DNA of 64,000 nucleotides, taken from positions 864,001 to 928,000 of the forward strand of contig CAXXFL010000006.1 of the NCBI GenBank assembly GCA_963674965.2. Direction: 5' to 3'. The translations under genes were made by a program, and so were the position numbers. This document shows positions 10,630 to 20,300 of the stretch, in pieces. Origin of the DNA: a bacterium. GTDB taxonomy: Bacteria; RBG-13-61-14; DATKZS01. A model generated the notes under the pieces. That model was not told where the DNA came from and did not search any database. It saw only the letters and a list, made by a program, of their open reading frames with translations. Positions within the stretch are counted from its first letter, which is position 1. Every line of letters starts with the position of its first letter.

Positions 10630-10860
10630 ATGGAGCAAGAAATGAAAGGTGAGTATTATACGGTTAAAGAAGCCGCAATCCGGCTTGGCGTGTCGAGCAA
10701 GACGATCTACAACTGGATTCACAAGGGCCTGTTCCCCGCCACCAATATGTCCCCTCGCCCTGGCAAACCATGCTTGAGGATCAAAAAGCAACGGTTGGAG
10801 GCTTTTGAACAAGCCCGAGAGACAAGAAGCGAGGGTGATATAAATAATGAGAAAAAATGA
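10630..10860 (+). CDS. Excisionase/AlpA-like HTH protein
   Basis: YYTVKEAAIRLGVSSKTIYNWIHKG; directly upstream of the primase. Confidence 0.8.
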   Translation: MEQEMKGEYYTVKEAAIRLGVSSKTIYNWIHKGLFPATNMSPRPGKPCLRIKKQRLEAFEQARETRSEGDINNEKK

Positions 10861-13111
10861 GGCGGCAATGGTTGCGACGCCCGATGAAGATGCCCGCGTA
10901 ATGCGCGTCCGGGAGGTTGAGGCCGGGCACGGGAGGGGATGGTCTTTCTTACCTCTTATCGGGAAGAAGCCTTGCCATAAAAAATGGTCCAAGGCTCAGC
11001 GGGAAACCCTGGACGAGGCGAGGGCATGGGCCAAGAGTGGAAATATCGGCTTACGCTGCGGCGCTGCATCTGGGGGCTTGGTCGTTTTGGATGTAGACCC
11101 CGGCGCGGACTTGACTACGCTACCTCAACTGCCGGAGACGGTTGAGGTAACGACTGGGCGCGGGCGCCACTATTATTTCTCATCCAACGGCTACAAGGTA
11201 GGAAACAGTGCCGGCAAGTTGGGACCTAACCTGGACATCCGGGGCGAAGGCGGCCAGGTGGTCTTCCCTGGCAGCATTCATCCTGAAACCGGCAATGTCT
11301 ATTGCTGGGCGGACGGCCGCTCTCCTGACCAGATCGAGCTCGCTCCGCTCCCGGCATGGATAGTAGAGAGGCTCGCTGCAAAACAGACCCGAAAACGAGC
11401 CTCGAAAACGACTGGCGCTTATGGACAAGCCGCGCTTGAAAGAGAGGCCGCTCGCGTCCGTGAGGCGCTGGAAGGCACGCGCAACGACACCCTGAATGAA
11501 GCATCGTACAACCTGGGCCAGCTTTTTGCCGGCGGCTTGTTGGAACGCGGCCTAATTATTAACGAACTGCTAGACGCCGCTCTCGCGGCCGGCCTCTCCG
11601 AACATGAGGCCAGGTCCACCATTGATAGTGGCCTCAAGGCCGGCGAGCAAAAACCTCGGAAGGCCCCTGCTAAAAAGGATAATCAGCCAGCCCCAGTCAA
11701 CTTTTCATCGCCCCCCTCCTCAATGGATCAGGGTATGGCCGTCGGCCAGACCAGGCCAAAGGCCTTTGCGTTAACCGATCTGGGCAATGCAGAGCGACTC
11801 GTCCAGAAGCATGGGGATAACATTCGCTACTCCTATGAGAAAAATCGCTGGCTCTTTTGGGATGGCTCCCGCTGGACTTGGGACCCGGGCGATAAAATTA
11901 TGCAAAGAGCAAAAGACGTTGCCCGCGGCATCTACGCTGAAGCGGAGTCGGAACCTGACTCGGATGCCCGAAAAAAAATTGCCGGTCATGCACGTACATC
12001 GGAGTCAAAGCATAGGTTAAAGGCATTGGCGTCATTGGCTAAATCCGAGCCTGGAATCCCGATCAAGCTGGATGCTCTGGACGCCGACCCTTGGCTCCTG
12101 AACGTAAATAACGGGACCCTTGCTTTGCGGTCTGGGGAACTCCGACCTCACGACCGGAGGGACATGCTCACTGGCTTATGTCCCGTCGCTTTCTATCCTT
12201 ATGCGGTCTGCCCGACCTGGGACGGCTTCTTGAATAAAATAATGGCCGGCAACGCTGACCTTGTAGCCTGGCTTCAGGAGGCGGTCGGTTATTCCATGAC
12301 CGGACTCACGGATGAACGGGTCATTTTCGTATGCCACGGCTCCGGCATGAACGGAAAAAGTATTTTCTTGAGCACGCTTGCTGAGATTATGGGCAACTAT
12401 GCTCAACGGGCCATAACCGAGACATTTTTTGTCTCAAAGCACGTTAACGGCGCGAGGAATGACATCGCCCGTCTCCGCGGCGCTCGCTTTGTCTATGCGT
12501 CAGAGTCGGAACAGGGGAGTCGGCTGGCCGAATCTCTTGTCAAGGATATTAGCGGTGGCGAGAAGATAGCGGCCCGCTTTCTCTACGGTGAGTACTTTGA
12601 CTTCATGCCCACCTTCAAACTTTGGCTTGGCACGAACCATAAACCCACCGTCAGGGGGACAGATCCCGCGATTTGGGACCGGATCAGATTAATCCCGTTC
12701 AATGTCCGCATCAAGGACAGCGAGAAAAAGCCCCGGCGCGAAATCATGGCGGCGCTGCAAAATGAATGGCCTGGCATCTTGGCCTGGGCCGCGCGGGGGT
12801 GTTTGAAATGGTACAGGCGTGGAGCGCTTCCCAACTGTCAGGAAATCACAGCGGCGGTTAGGGACTACCGCGACGACATGGACTTCCTGAAGGCTTTCAT
12901 CAAGGATCGATGCTTGACCGGTCCGGAGTTCCGGGAGTCCATCTCAAATCTATACGATGCCTTTAGAACTTGGGTGGACGCCTCTGGAGAGGTGGAGGCG
13001 CAAGTGTCGAAGCGCGAGTTTGGCGTCCGCCTATCCGAGCGGGGTTTCATTAAGGGAAGAACCGGCCAGAGTCGTTTTTGGAGTGGGATTAAGCTACGGG
13101 ATGACGCATGA
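10847..13111 (+). CDS. Bifunctional primase-polymerase fused to P4-family/D5-like SF3 helicase
   Basis: NIGLRCG...VVLDVD, TGRGRHYYF, DIRGEGGQVVFPGS (Prim-Pol); TDLGNAERL (D5_N); GSGMNGKS Walker A. Confidence 0.92.
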   Translation: MRKNEAAMVATPDEDARVMRVREVEAGHGRGWSFLPLIGKKPCHKKWSKAQRETLDEARAWAKSGNIGLRCGAASGGLVVLDVDPGADLTTLPQLPETVEVTTGRGRHYYFSSNGYKVGNSAGKLGPNLDIRGEGGQVVFPGSIHPETGNVYCWADGRSPDQIELAPLPAWIVERLAAKQTRKRASKTTGAYGQAALEREAARVREALEGTRNDTLNEASYNLGQLFAGGLLERGLIINELLDAALAAGLSEHEARSTIDSGLKAGEQKPRKAPAKKDNQPAPVNFSSPPSSMDQGMAVGQTRPKAFALTDLGNAERLVQKHGDNIRYSYEKNRWLFWDGSRWTWDPGDKIMQRAKDVARGIYAEAESEPDSDARKKIAGHARTSESKHRLKALASLAKSEPGIPIKLDALDADPWLLNVNNGTLALRSGELRPHDRRDMLTGLCPVAFYPYAVCPTWDGFLNKIMAGNADLVAWLQEAVGYSMTGLTDERVIFVCHGSGMNGKSIFLSTLAEIMGNYAQRAITETFFVSKHVNGARNDIARLRGARFVYASESEQGSRLAESLVKDISGGEKIAARFLYGEYFDFMPTFKLWLGTNHKPTVRGTDPAIWDRIRLIPFNVRIKDSEKKPRREIMAALQNEWPGILAWAARGCLKWYRRGALPNCQEITAAVRDYRDDMDFLKAFIKDRCLTGPEFRESISNLYDAFRTWVDASGEVEAQVSKREFGVRLSERGFIKGRTGQSRFWSGIKLRDDA

Positions 13112-13203
13112 CACAAGTGACTTATTTTTTATAAACCTCTATAAGAAGAAAAATAGAGAGTAAAGTTTTATAGAAACAACGTCATCATGCGTCATACGTC
13201 ATC
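13101..13203. promoter_or_regulatory. Putative replication origin (convergent TGAC iterons around an AT-rich core)
   Basis: ATGACGCATGA at 13101 and its inverse TCATGCGTCAT at 13185, extra TGAC/GTCA units, AT-rich spacer, right after the primase. Confidence 0.55.
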
Positions 13204-13317
13204 GGAAGGTCAAAGGCGCGCTAATAAACGGTTTTGACACAGCGAAGGGAGCCAAGCTCCTTGAGAATAATCTGAATTGGGTCCGCTCAACGACTGTTAA
13301 GTGCAGGAGGTTGTGTC

Positions 13318-13689
13318 ATGATGGAATCAGAGAAGGATGAAGGTCAAAGGGACCGTGTTCCGGCCGTGCTTGACGGACACGGGGAAGGTGGGGCAGGAAT
13401 GGCGGGTGGCCAAGATGGGACGAAGGCCGGGTCGGGTGAGGTGATATGCCTTGCGGGGCTGGACCCGGACGCGATCCTGGACGAGACGGCTCTGGCTGGC
13501 GCGCTGGGGGTATGCGTTCGGACCTTGCGGCGCATGGTGGTTAGGCACGAGTTGCCCCCGCCCTTTAAGGCGGCTGGACGTTCGAGGTGGTTCGCGGGCA
13601 GGGTCCTGGAGCACTTCAAACGGGCGGCGGAGCGCAAGGAAAAAGAGGCTGAACGGGCCGCCGCGAAAATTAGATCAATTTCTCCTTGA
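13318..13689 (+). CDS. HTH (AlpA-like) DNA-binding protein
   Basis: ALAGALGVCVRTLRRMV...LPPPF...SRW. Confidence 0.65.
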   Translation: MMESEKDEGQRDRVPAVLDGHGEGGAGMAGGQDGTKAGSGEVICLAGLDPDAILDETALAGALGVCVRTLRRMVVRHELPPPFKAAGRSRWFAGRVLEHFKRAAERKEKEAERAAAKIRSISP

Positions 13690-13723
13690 TAAATGTATAT
13701 ACCTATGTCATGGTGTTGGCAAG

Positions 13724-13900
13724 ATGGCCAAGAAGGAAAGCAAGATGGGTCGCCCCTGGAAATCTCTTGAGAAGAGGTCCGAGATTGTGATCCTCCGCGT
13801 GACGCCCGGCGAGAAGCAGGTGCTCATCGAGGAATCGGATAAAAGCGGGGAAACCGTCTCCGAGGTTTTAATGCGCCCCTGGCGCAAGGAAGGAAGGTAG
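13724..13900 (+). CDS. Small ribbon-helix-helix-like protein
   Basis: GRPWK...IVILRVTPGEKQVL...GETVSEVL pattern; ends 3 nt before the integrase. Confidence 0.5.
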   Translation: MAKKESKMGRPWKSLEKRSEIVILRVTPGEKQVLIEESDKSGETVSEVLMRPWRKEGR

Positions 13901-13903
13901 TAC

Positions 13904-15157
13904 ATGGCAACGGTTTTTCGGACCTTCAAGTCCAAAAGGAACCCGGCGACCGGGAAGCGCGTCCCGGTCCTGGACGCCAAGGGACGTCCGATCCCGCATG
14001 AGCGCTGGCGATTCGAGTACACGGATTATCAGGGCAGGCGCCGGACCGCGAGCGGGTCCGCGTCTAAGGCACAGACAACGGCGCTGGCGGCGCGGGTCCA
14101 GGCGCGGGAGGACGAAATCAGACGCGGTTTCCGTCCGGCTCCCAAGCGCGAGGATGAGCACGCCCTCCGGCCTATTGAGAAGGTCATTGAGGAATACCTC
14201 GATTATGGCGCGGCCTGCGGAGGCCTGCGGGGGAAACCTTGGGGCCCGGTCCATCTCCGGCGCAAAGCCGCGACCCTCGAATGGTGGGTGGGAAAGCTCA
14301 ACTTGAAGGTGCTCGGGGACTTGAACGGCAACATCCTGGCGCGGGTCGAACAAATCCTCCGCGATTACCACCGAAAGGGCCGGACGGGGAAAACCTGCCG
14401 CAATCAAGCGGAAGCGTTAAGGAGTTTTTGCCGATGGTGCGTGAAACTGTCCTACCTGGGCCAGGATCCATTGCAGAGTCTTTCTCAATACGACGCCAGC
14501 CCGACCACTATCCGGCGGGCATTCACGCCGGAAGAATGCGAAAGACTCCTCCTGGCCGCTCCTCCCGACCGGAGACTGATATATGCCGTAGCGCTTGCCT
14601 CTGGCCTTAGGGCGAACGAGATTAGAAGCCTGCGGGTCATGGACCTCGACGTCGTTAACAAGGGGCTCCATCTTTCCGAGAACTGGACCAAGAACCGGAG
14701 GGGCGGCTTCCAACCTCTGCCCCTGGACCTGGTGGACCAGCTTGCCCAATCAGCGCGAGGCAAGGACGTTGCCGCGCCCCTTCTGTTTAATGCCTCACGG
14801 CGCGATTTTACGCGACTGATGGACGACGACCTAAAGGCGGCGGACATCAAGAAACGCGGGCCAGGCGGTGTGGTGTGTTTCCACTCACTTCGCCACAGCT
14901 TCATAAACATACTCTTGGAGCAGGGCGCCGGCGCCAAAGAGGTGCAGGACCTGGCGCGGCACCAGACGCTCAGTATGACCATGAACCACTACGCAAAGTC
15001 CAGCATGAAGCGAAAGCGAGAGTTAGCGGAAAAACTGGGGGAAACCATTAATATCCCGGAACTTCCCATAACCGGTCCGGAACGGAAAGTGGTGGGTCTT
15101 GAAACCCATGATTATCATGAAGGAATTCTGGCTCCCCGGAAGCAACTCTCTTCATAA
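13904..15157 (+). CDS. Tyrosine recombinase/integrase
   Basis: GLRANE, WTKN, FHSLRH, LARH and HY catalytic residues. Confidence 0.92.
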   Translation: MATVFRTFKSKRNPATGKRVPVLDAKGRPIPHERWRFEYTDYQGRRRTASGSASKAQTTALAARVQAREDEIRRGFRPAPKREDEHALRPIEKVIEEYLDYGAACGGLRGKPWGPVHLRRKAATLEWWVGKLNLKVLGDLNGNILARVEQILRDYHRKGRTGKTCRNQAEALRSFCRWCVKLSYLGQDPLQSLSQYDASPTTIRRAFTPEECERLLLAAPPDRRLIYAVALASGLRANEIRSLRVMDLDVVNKGLHLSENWTKNRRGGFQPLPLDLVDQLAQSARGKDVAAPLLFNASRRDFTRLMDDDLKAADIKKRGPGGVVCFHSLRHSFINILLEQGAGAKEVQDLARHQTLSMTMNHYAKSSMKRKRELAEKLGETINIPELPITGPERKVVGLETHDYHEGILAPRKQLSS

Positions 15158-15350
15158 CGTTCTATTTTGGAGAAAATATCAAAAAATGTAGGCGCCGATG
15201 GGAGTTACACGCGAGTGGGGAAAGAAAGCCGGTGAGAAATAATTTAACGAAGGTTTCCCAACTAAAAGACTAATTGAAGGGGTAAAGGAAATGCCGGAGG
15301 TCCATTTCTCCAGGAAAGATTTCGGCGACTCCTTCGTAACTCGTGGCCGC

Positions 15351-15939
15351 GACCCATTATCGAAGCGCACCGTGTACGTCCCCGCGTCCAGCGCGCCCGC
15401 CACGGACAGCTTGAGAGTGTCGCCCTCCTCGAGCTCGTCGGACCAGGTGTCGCCGTCGCCGAGGGTCAGCTCGCCGATGGCGCTCTCGGCCAGGAGCCGT
15501 AGCCGCGCCGCGTCCAGCTCGGGCGTCGCCGAGTCCCCCTCTCCCGGCCCGCAGAGCACGGTCTCGCCGCTCATGACGGAGGTCACGCCGTCGCACAGCC
15601 CGTCGCCGTCGGTATCGGGATTCAGGGGATTGGTGTAGAAGTAGCCCGAGTTCAGGTATTCCTCGAGGTTGGTCCTCCCGTCGCCGTCGGGGTCATCGGC
15701 CGCGTCGTCCACCAGCGGGTCCAGCCCGGCCACGACCTCCCAATAATCGTCGATCCCGTCCCCGTCCGAGTCGGCCAACCTCGGGTCCGTCCCCAGCCTC
15801 GCCTCGATAATCGCCGCCATCCCGTCCCCGTCATAATCCGCCACCGCCTCATCGCACTCCACCACCACCGGATCGAACCCCAAGCTATCCGCATACTCCA
15901 CCTCCCACCAGTCCGTGAAGCCGTCAAAGTCGGAATCGG
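15351..15939 (-). pseudogene. Orphan paralogous fragment of the giant toxin lipoprotein (pre-core region)
   Basis: Aligns with 18594-19186, near-identical centrally ([19 protein letters not shown]...[14 protein letters not shown]) and diverged at the ends; lacks the Rhs core. Confidence 0.88.
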
Positions 15940-16027
15940 CGGAAAGAATAATGACAAGTTTTCAAAGAACGTAGTTACATCATTATCGACAACCTAAGCA
16001 GAGGTCATCCTTTGGAAACGATTCTCT

Positions 16028-16109
16028 ATGACCTGCTCGCTATGCTCGCCCATATAGCAGAGCTATATGGGTTACTTATATTTAAGACCCTTTTGTGGGT
16101 TACCTGTTG
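16028..16109 (+). repeat. ~82-bp direct repeat, copy 1 (att-arm-like)
   Basis: ATGACC..CGCTATGCTCGCCCATATAGCAGAGCTATATGGGTTACTTATATTT..ACCCTTTTGTGGGTTACCTGTTG, repeated at 16731-16813. Confidence 0.9.
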
Positions 16110-16390
16110 CGAGCTTGTAAGCCGCGGTGAAGCGCCGCCGGGCGGGCTTTTCCGGGACCTCCGGGTCGGGAAGAATGATCGGCGGACATCCCCGCTCGGG
16201 CCGCTTGGCCGGAGTGTCATCCGGCTCGGCCGTCCCGGTTGGGGAGACTCCGGTCGCCCTACGGGCTCCCTCCGTCTCCCCAACAATCCCTGCCTTCTTC
16301 CCGTCTTCATCCATCTCTCTATACATCCTAATACCTCCCCCGCCCTACAGTAATTTAACATAGGGGAAGTGTCTCATCTACGTTGGCACA
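16107..16390 (-). mobile_element. Truncated copy of the IS3 (one IR plus orfA start)
   Basis: Matches 2501-2784 with several substitutions. Confidence 0.9.
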
Positions 16391-16734
16391 GAGGGTACAT
16401 CCATATTACCAGCGCCGACGTAAAGGACAGGTATTTGTCCAAGCTTGGCCTGGAGAAGAGCGATAATGTAAGCCAACTGAACCCCAAGATATGCCCCCAT
16501 TGCAAGCATCCAAACCTTTTTAACGCCTCGATATGTGAGTATTGCGGTAATGTTCTCGACGATGATATTGGCATACAAATGGATGACAGGATGATCTCGA
16601 TGAGGAAATTCCTTCACGCTCTCAGCCAAGACAGTTACGTGAGATACAGGATCGAGGAGATGGCCAAGGACAACGCTAAGTTCAGGACGGTAATAGAGAG
16701 CATTGGCCATGGGCAGGAAAATCAATCTCAATGA
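16391..16734 (+). pseudogene. C-terminal remnant of a tyrosine integrase with Zn-ribbon
   Basis: YIHITSADV...LNPKICPHC..PN..NASICEYCG resembles the catalytic-Tyr plus Zn-ribbon tail of SNJ2-like integrases; 5' end removed by the IS. Confidence 0.55.
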
Positions 16735-16813
16735 CCTTCTCGCTATGCTCGCCCATATAGCAGAGCTATATGGGTTACTTATATTTTATAACCCTTTTGT
16801 GGGTTACCTGTTG
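16731..16813 (+). repeat. ~82-bp direct repeat, copy 2
   Basis: See copy 1; GGGTTAC occurs three times here. Confidence 0.9.
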
Positions 16814-16838
16814 GGTTACATCTAAAGCTACCCGCTTA

Positions 16839-17387
16839 CTATTTTTCTCGCGCTATTGGATTTCTCAAAACCTCTTCACAATTAGGGCATTTTACCATTG
16901 GATACCCAAGAGTGTCCTCCCATGACTCAGTACAGATCGGGCACATAACCCAATGATCTGCAAGAAGATTTGCAGGTGGTTTCGAATTGTCCAGATAGGC
17001 TAATTTCCTTATTTCCGCCCTTTGCATAAGAGTTCTCATAGGTTCTGGGTAGTCTTCTCCATCCCATATTCGTGAATAAGCCTCAGGGCTTTTAGAAATA
17101 ATTTCAGGCCCATAAATCACTCGTATATGATCATTAAAAACTTTACATACCCAATCATCAGGGATTGAAAAGTCGAAAATATCAAATAAGAATAGTGGCA
17201 ATGCACTTGCTATCGCTTCACCTACCAATAAAAGCACTTTACAAATACCATTATCATTAATTGTCAAGGCATGCACTTCATAATCATTGTCTTTCTTGAT
17301 TGGAAGAACTGTTTTCTTTGAGTTATGTGATACCATTAAGTACCAGTCAGAATTTTCGTAGTCAGTTATTTTTGCTCTTACAATCAT
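16839..17387 (-). CDS. Putative immunity protein (C-terminal CxxC...CxxC Zn ribbon)
   Basis: ATGA-coupled to the toxin stop codon; low GC like the toxin tip. Confidence 0.65.
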   Translation of the reverse strand: MIVRAKITDYENSDWYLMVSHNSKKTVLPIKKDNDYEVHALTINDNGICKVLLLVGEAIASALPLFLFDIFDFSIPDDWVCKVFNDHIRVIYGPEIISKSPEAYSRIWDGEDYPEPMRTLMQRAEIRKLAYLDNSKPPANLLADHWVMCPICTESWEDTLGYPMVKCPNCEEVLRNPIAREK

Positions 17388-20300
17388 TTTTTCATACCTT
17401 TATCATCTACGATTTTAAAATCATCCATTTCAAGCGTATTTTCATTATATACGTAATGGACGTTAACGTCACCGTAAGGACTTTTATGTACATACTGGTA
17501 TTTTTTCCATCCATCTTTTGCATCCCATCTACCATCTCCCATTGGACATTCTTCTATCCAGTCTCCTTTTCCTGGATTGGCCATTACCTCATCAATAGCA
17601 AGTTTCTCCCTTAAATTTCTTGGCGCATATCTTCCTTTTGATGGATTGATAGTTGAACCGCGGCCAAGAGGACCTTTCGATACGCTTGTTTCTGCTGCAA
17701 CTTCACTTTCTGCGGCAAGGCCTTTCCCAGAAATAGATTTTGCGCCTTCCGCAAGCATATATACACCCAGGCAAGTTCGAATGGTGTAATAAGCCAGATA
17801 GTATGATTGTTCTTCTTCTGGAAGAGCCATAAAATCGTCATATATCTTATCATAGTTCTCTCCGATATAAATTGCTGACTCACCCATGTCGATAATATCC
17901 TCAATAATCACCCCTATTGCGCTTTGCGATCTGTTTGGATCTATAGAATCAAGGACACCTTTAGGTATATCAATAATGCTATCTCCAACGCCCCACATAG
18001 CCCAGCCAGTGTTTTTTGCAATTTGGACGGCAGCTTCATCCGATCCTGTTGGTCTAAGAGAGCTTTTCGAAGCCCAATCTGAATATCCAGGCTCTCCCGC
18101 TTGACCACTTGCATCATTATATACAAAAGGGTTGTTATAAGCGTACGCGTATTGATTAAAGAACCCCGGTACCGGATCCACGCTCACGAACCTCCCCAGG
18201 TCCGGGTCGTACCAGCGGGCGCCGAGTTGGTAGAGGCCGACGTCATTATCTTGTCGGCGGCCGACGAAGCCGTGGGTAATAGCGTCGTTATTAATGGTGA
18301 TGGGCCGGTAGGGAGAGCCGGCGAAGTCGCCTCCGAAGGGGAGGTAGGCGCGGCGCCAGACGGTCTCGCCGTCGGAGTTGGTGGCGACCACCGGGGAGTG
18401 GAGACCGTAGTGGAGGTAGAGGCGCTGGGTGAGGTTGACGGTGGTCGTGCCCGAGTCGAGGAGGCTCGCGCCCGAGTCGTCGGCAATGTCCACCCAAAAG
18501 ATGCTTGTTTCATCGTCCCAAAGGTCGCTTATGTCCACGATAACATAGGTCGCGCCCTCGGATACGGCTACTTCGATCTCGTGAACCGATCCCGAACCGT
18601 TATCGAACCGTACCGTATAAGTGCCCGCGTCCAGGCTTGAGGTCACGGCCAGCCGGAGCACCGTGTCTCCCTCCTCAAGCTCATCCGCCCAGGTGTCGCC
18701 GTAGCCCAGGGTTATTTCCCCGATCCCACTTTCGATCATAAGCCGTAGCCGCGCCGCGTCCCACTCGGAAGTTGTCGAGTCCCCCTCTCCCGGCCCGCAA
18801 AGCTGAGTCGCGCCGTCCATAACGGTAGTCACGCCGTCGCACAGCCCGTCGCCGTCGGTATCGGGATTCAGGGGATTGGTGTAGAAGTAGCCCGAGTTCA
18901 GGTACTCCTCGAGGTTGGTCCTCCCGTCGCCGTCGGGGTCATCGGCCGCGTCGTCCACCAGCGGGTCCAGCCCGGCCACGACCTCCCAATAATCGTCGAT
19001 CCCGTCCCCATCCGAGTCGGCCAACAGCGGGTCCGTCCCCAGCCTCGCCTCGATAATGGCCGCCATCCCGTCCCCGTCATAATCCACCACAGCCTCATTG
19101 CAATTTACCACCTCCGGGTCGAAGCCAAGGGTGTTGGAGTACTCGACCTCCCACCCGTCCGTGAAGCCGTCAAAGTCGGAATCGGGGGAGCGGGGATTCA
19201 AATCGGACATGCAAAATACATAGTTATAATACATGTCCTCAAATAACGGATTGCCAAGATATGGATTACACTCGACAATATCAGTGACTTGATCCCCATC
19301 GGAATCGGTTGTACTTAAATTGGCGGACATGGGATCGAGGCCGTACTCTAATTCCCAACCATCAGGCAAATCGTCCGTGTCGCTGTCCATAAGTTCAGGA
19401 TAGGTGCCTAGGGCGTAAAGCTCCAGTCCATCTGAGAGGCCGTCCCCGTCGGTATCGTCCCAGTCAAGATGCATTGAAACCCACCAAGGGTTGTCGGCAA
19501 GATCGTAAAAAGGGCTTATGTAATAGTATTCTGTGAAATCATCGACGTAATCCTCATCTGTGTCGGGTTTGAATGGGTCACTAAAATAAGAATCCAATAT
19601 CCAACACTCTTGCATATTAGTCACTCCATCCCCGTCAGAGTCCTGCAATGTGTCCGAGACTAATATATTGGTTCCATAGTGATACTCAAAATAGTCATTA
19701 CAGGAATCCCCATCAAAGTCCCATGCGTCAGGTTCAGTTCCGAGTATATATGAAGTTCTTGCCTCCAAGATGCCATTATTGAGAACTTTATACGAATCAC
19801 CTTTCGTTGGATCCAGTTCAGGGTAGTAAAGTACCTCCCAGCCGTCCGGCATTCCGTCCCCGTCGGTGTCGGGGTTGGTAAAACTTGAGGAGTAAGTAGA
19901 ATACTCAACTAGATTGCTGAGACCGTCCTGGTCGAGGTCAGTGTACGCGTCGGAGGAGTCGTTCGGGTCAAGGCCAAATAGAGCCTCGTCATAGTCATCT
20001 ATCCCATCGCCGTCCGAGTCCACCGTTGTATCGGAGGCGTCCACGTAGAGTTCCTCGATATATAGCAGTTCGTCTTCATCCTGGTCCGCGAAATAGGATG
20101 GATTACCATAAGCCTCGGCCACGTTCATAAGCGAGTACTTAACGTGGTACACGTCGGTTGGGTCTTTTTCCACCCACATGACATGGAGATACTTTCTATT
20201 GGGACTGGCTTTAATCCTTGCCAGAATGGCCTGGTTTTCAGGGTTGGATATAAGGATCGGCGGTCGCCAAGTGGTGGAATCCAGCGGTAAGTCTTTGTAA

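Larger units (their letters stand above)
9681..15157 (+). mobile_element. Satellite/PICI-like integrative element (HTH-primase-ori-HTH-RHH-integrase)
   Basis: Gene set and co-orientation; att sites not identified, so boundaries are approximate. Confidence 0.6.

Noticed and set aside
15129-15139. TGGCTCCCCGG as a tRNA 3'-end att site at the integrase end
   Set aside because: Only 11 bp, no T-arm follows, and I found no second copy in the window.
15351-19186. Diversity-generating retroelement TR/VR pair
   Set aside because: Differences are not adenine-specific and no reverse transcriptase is present.
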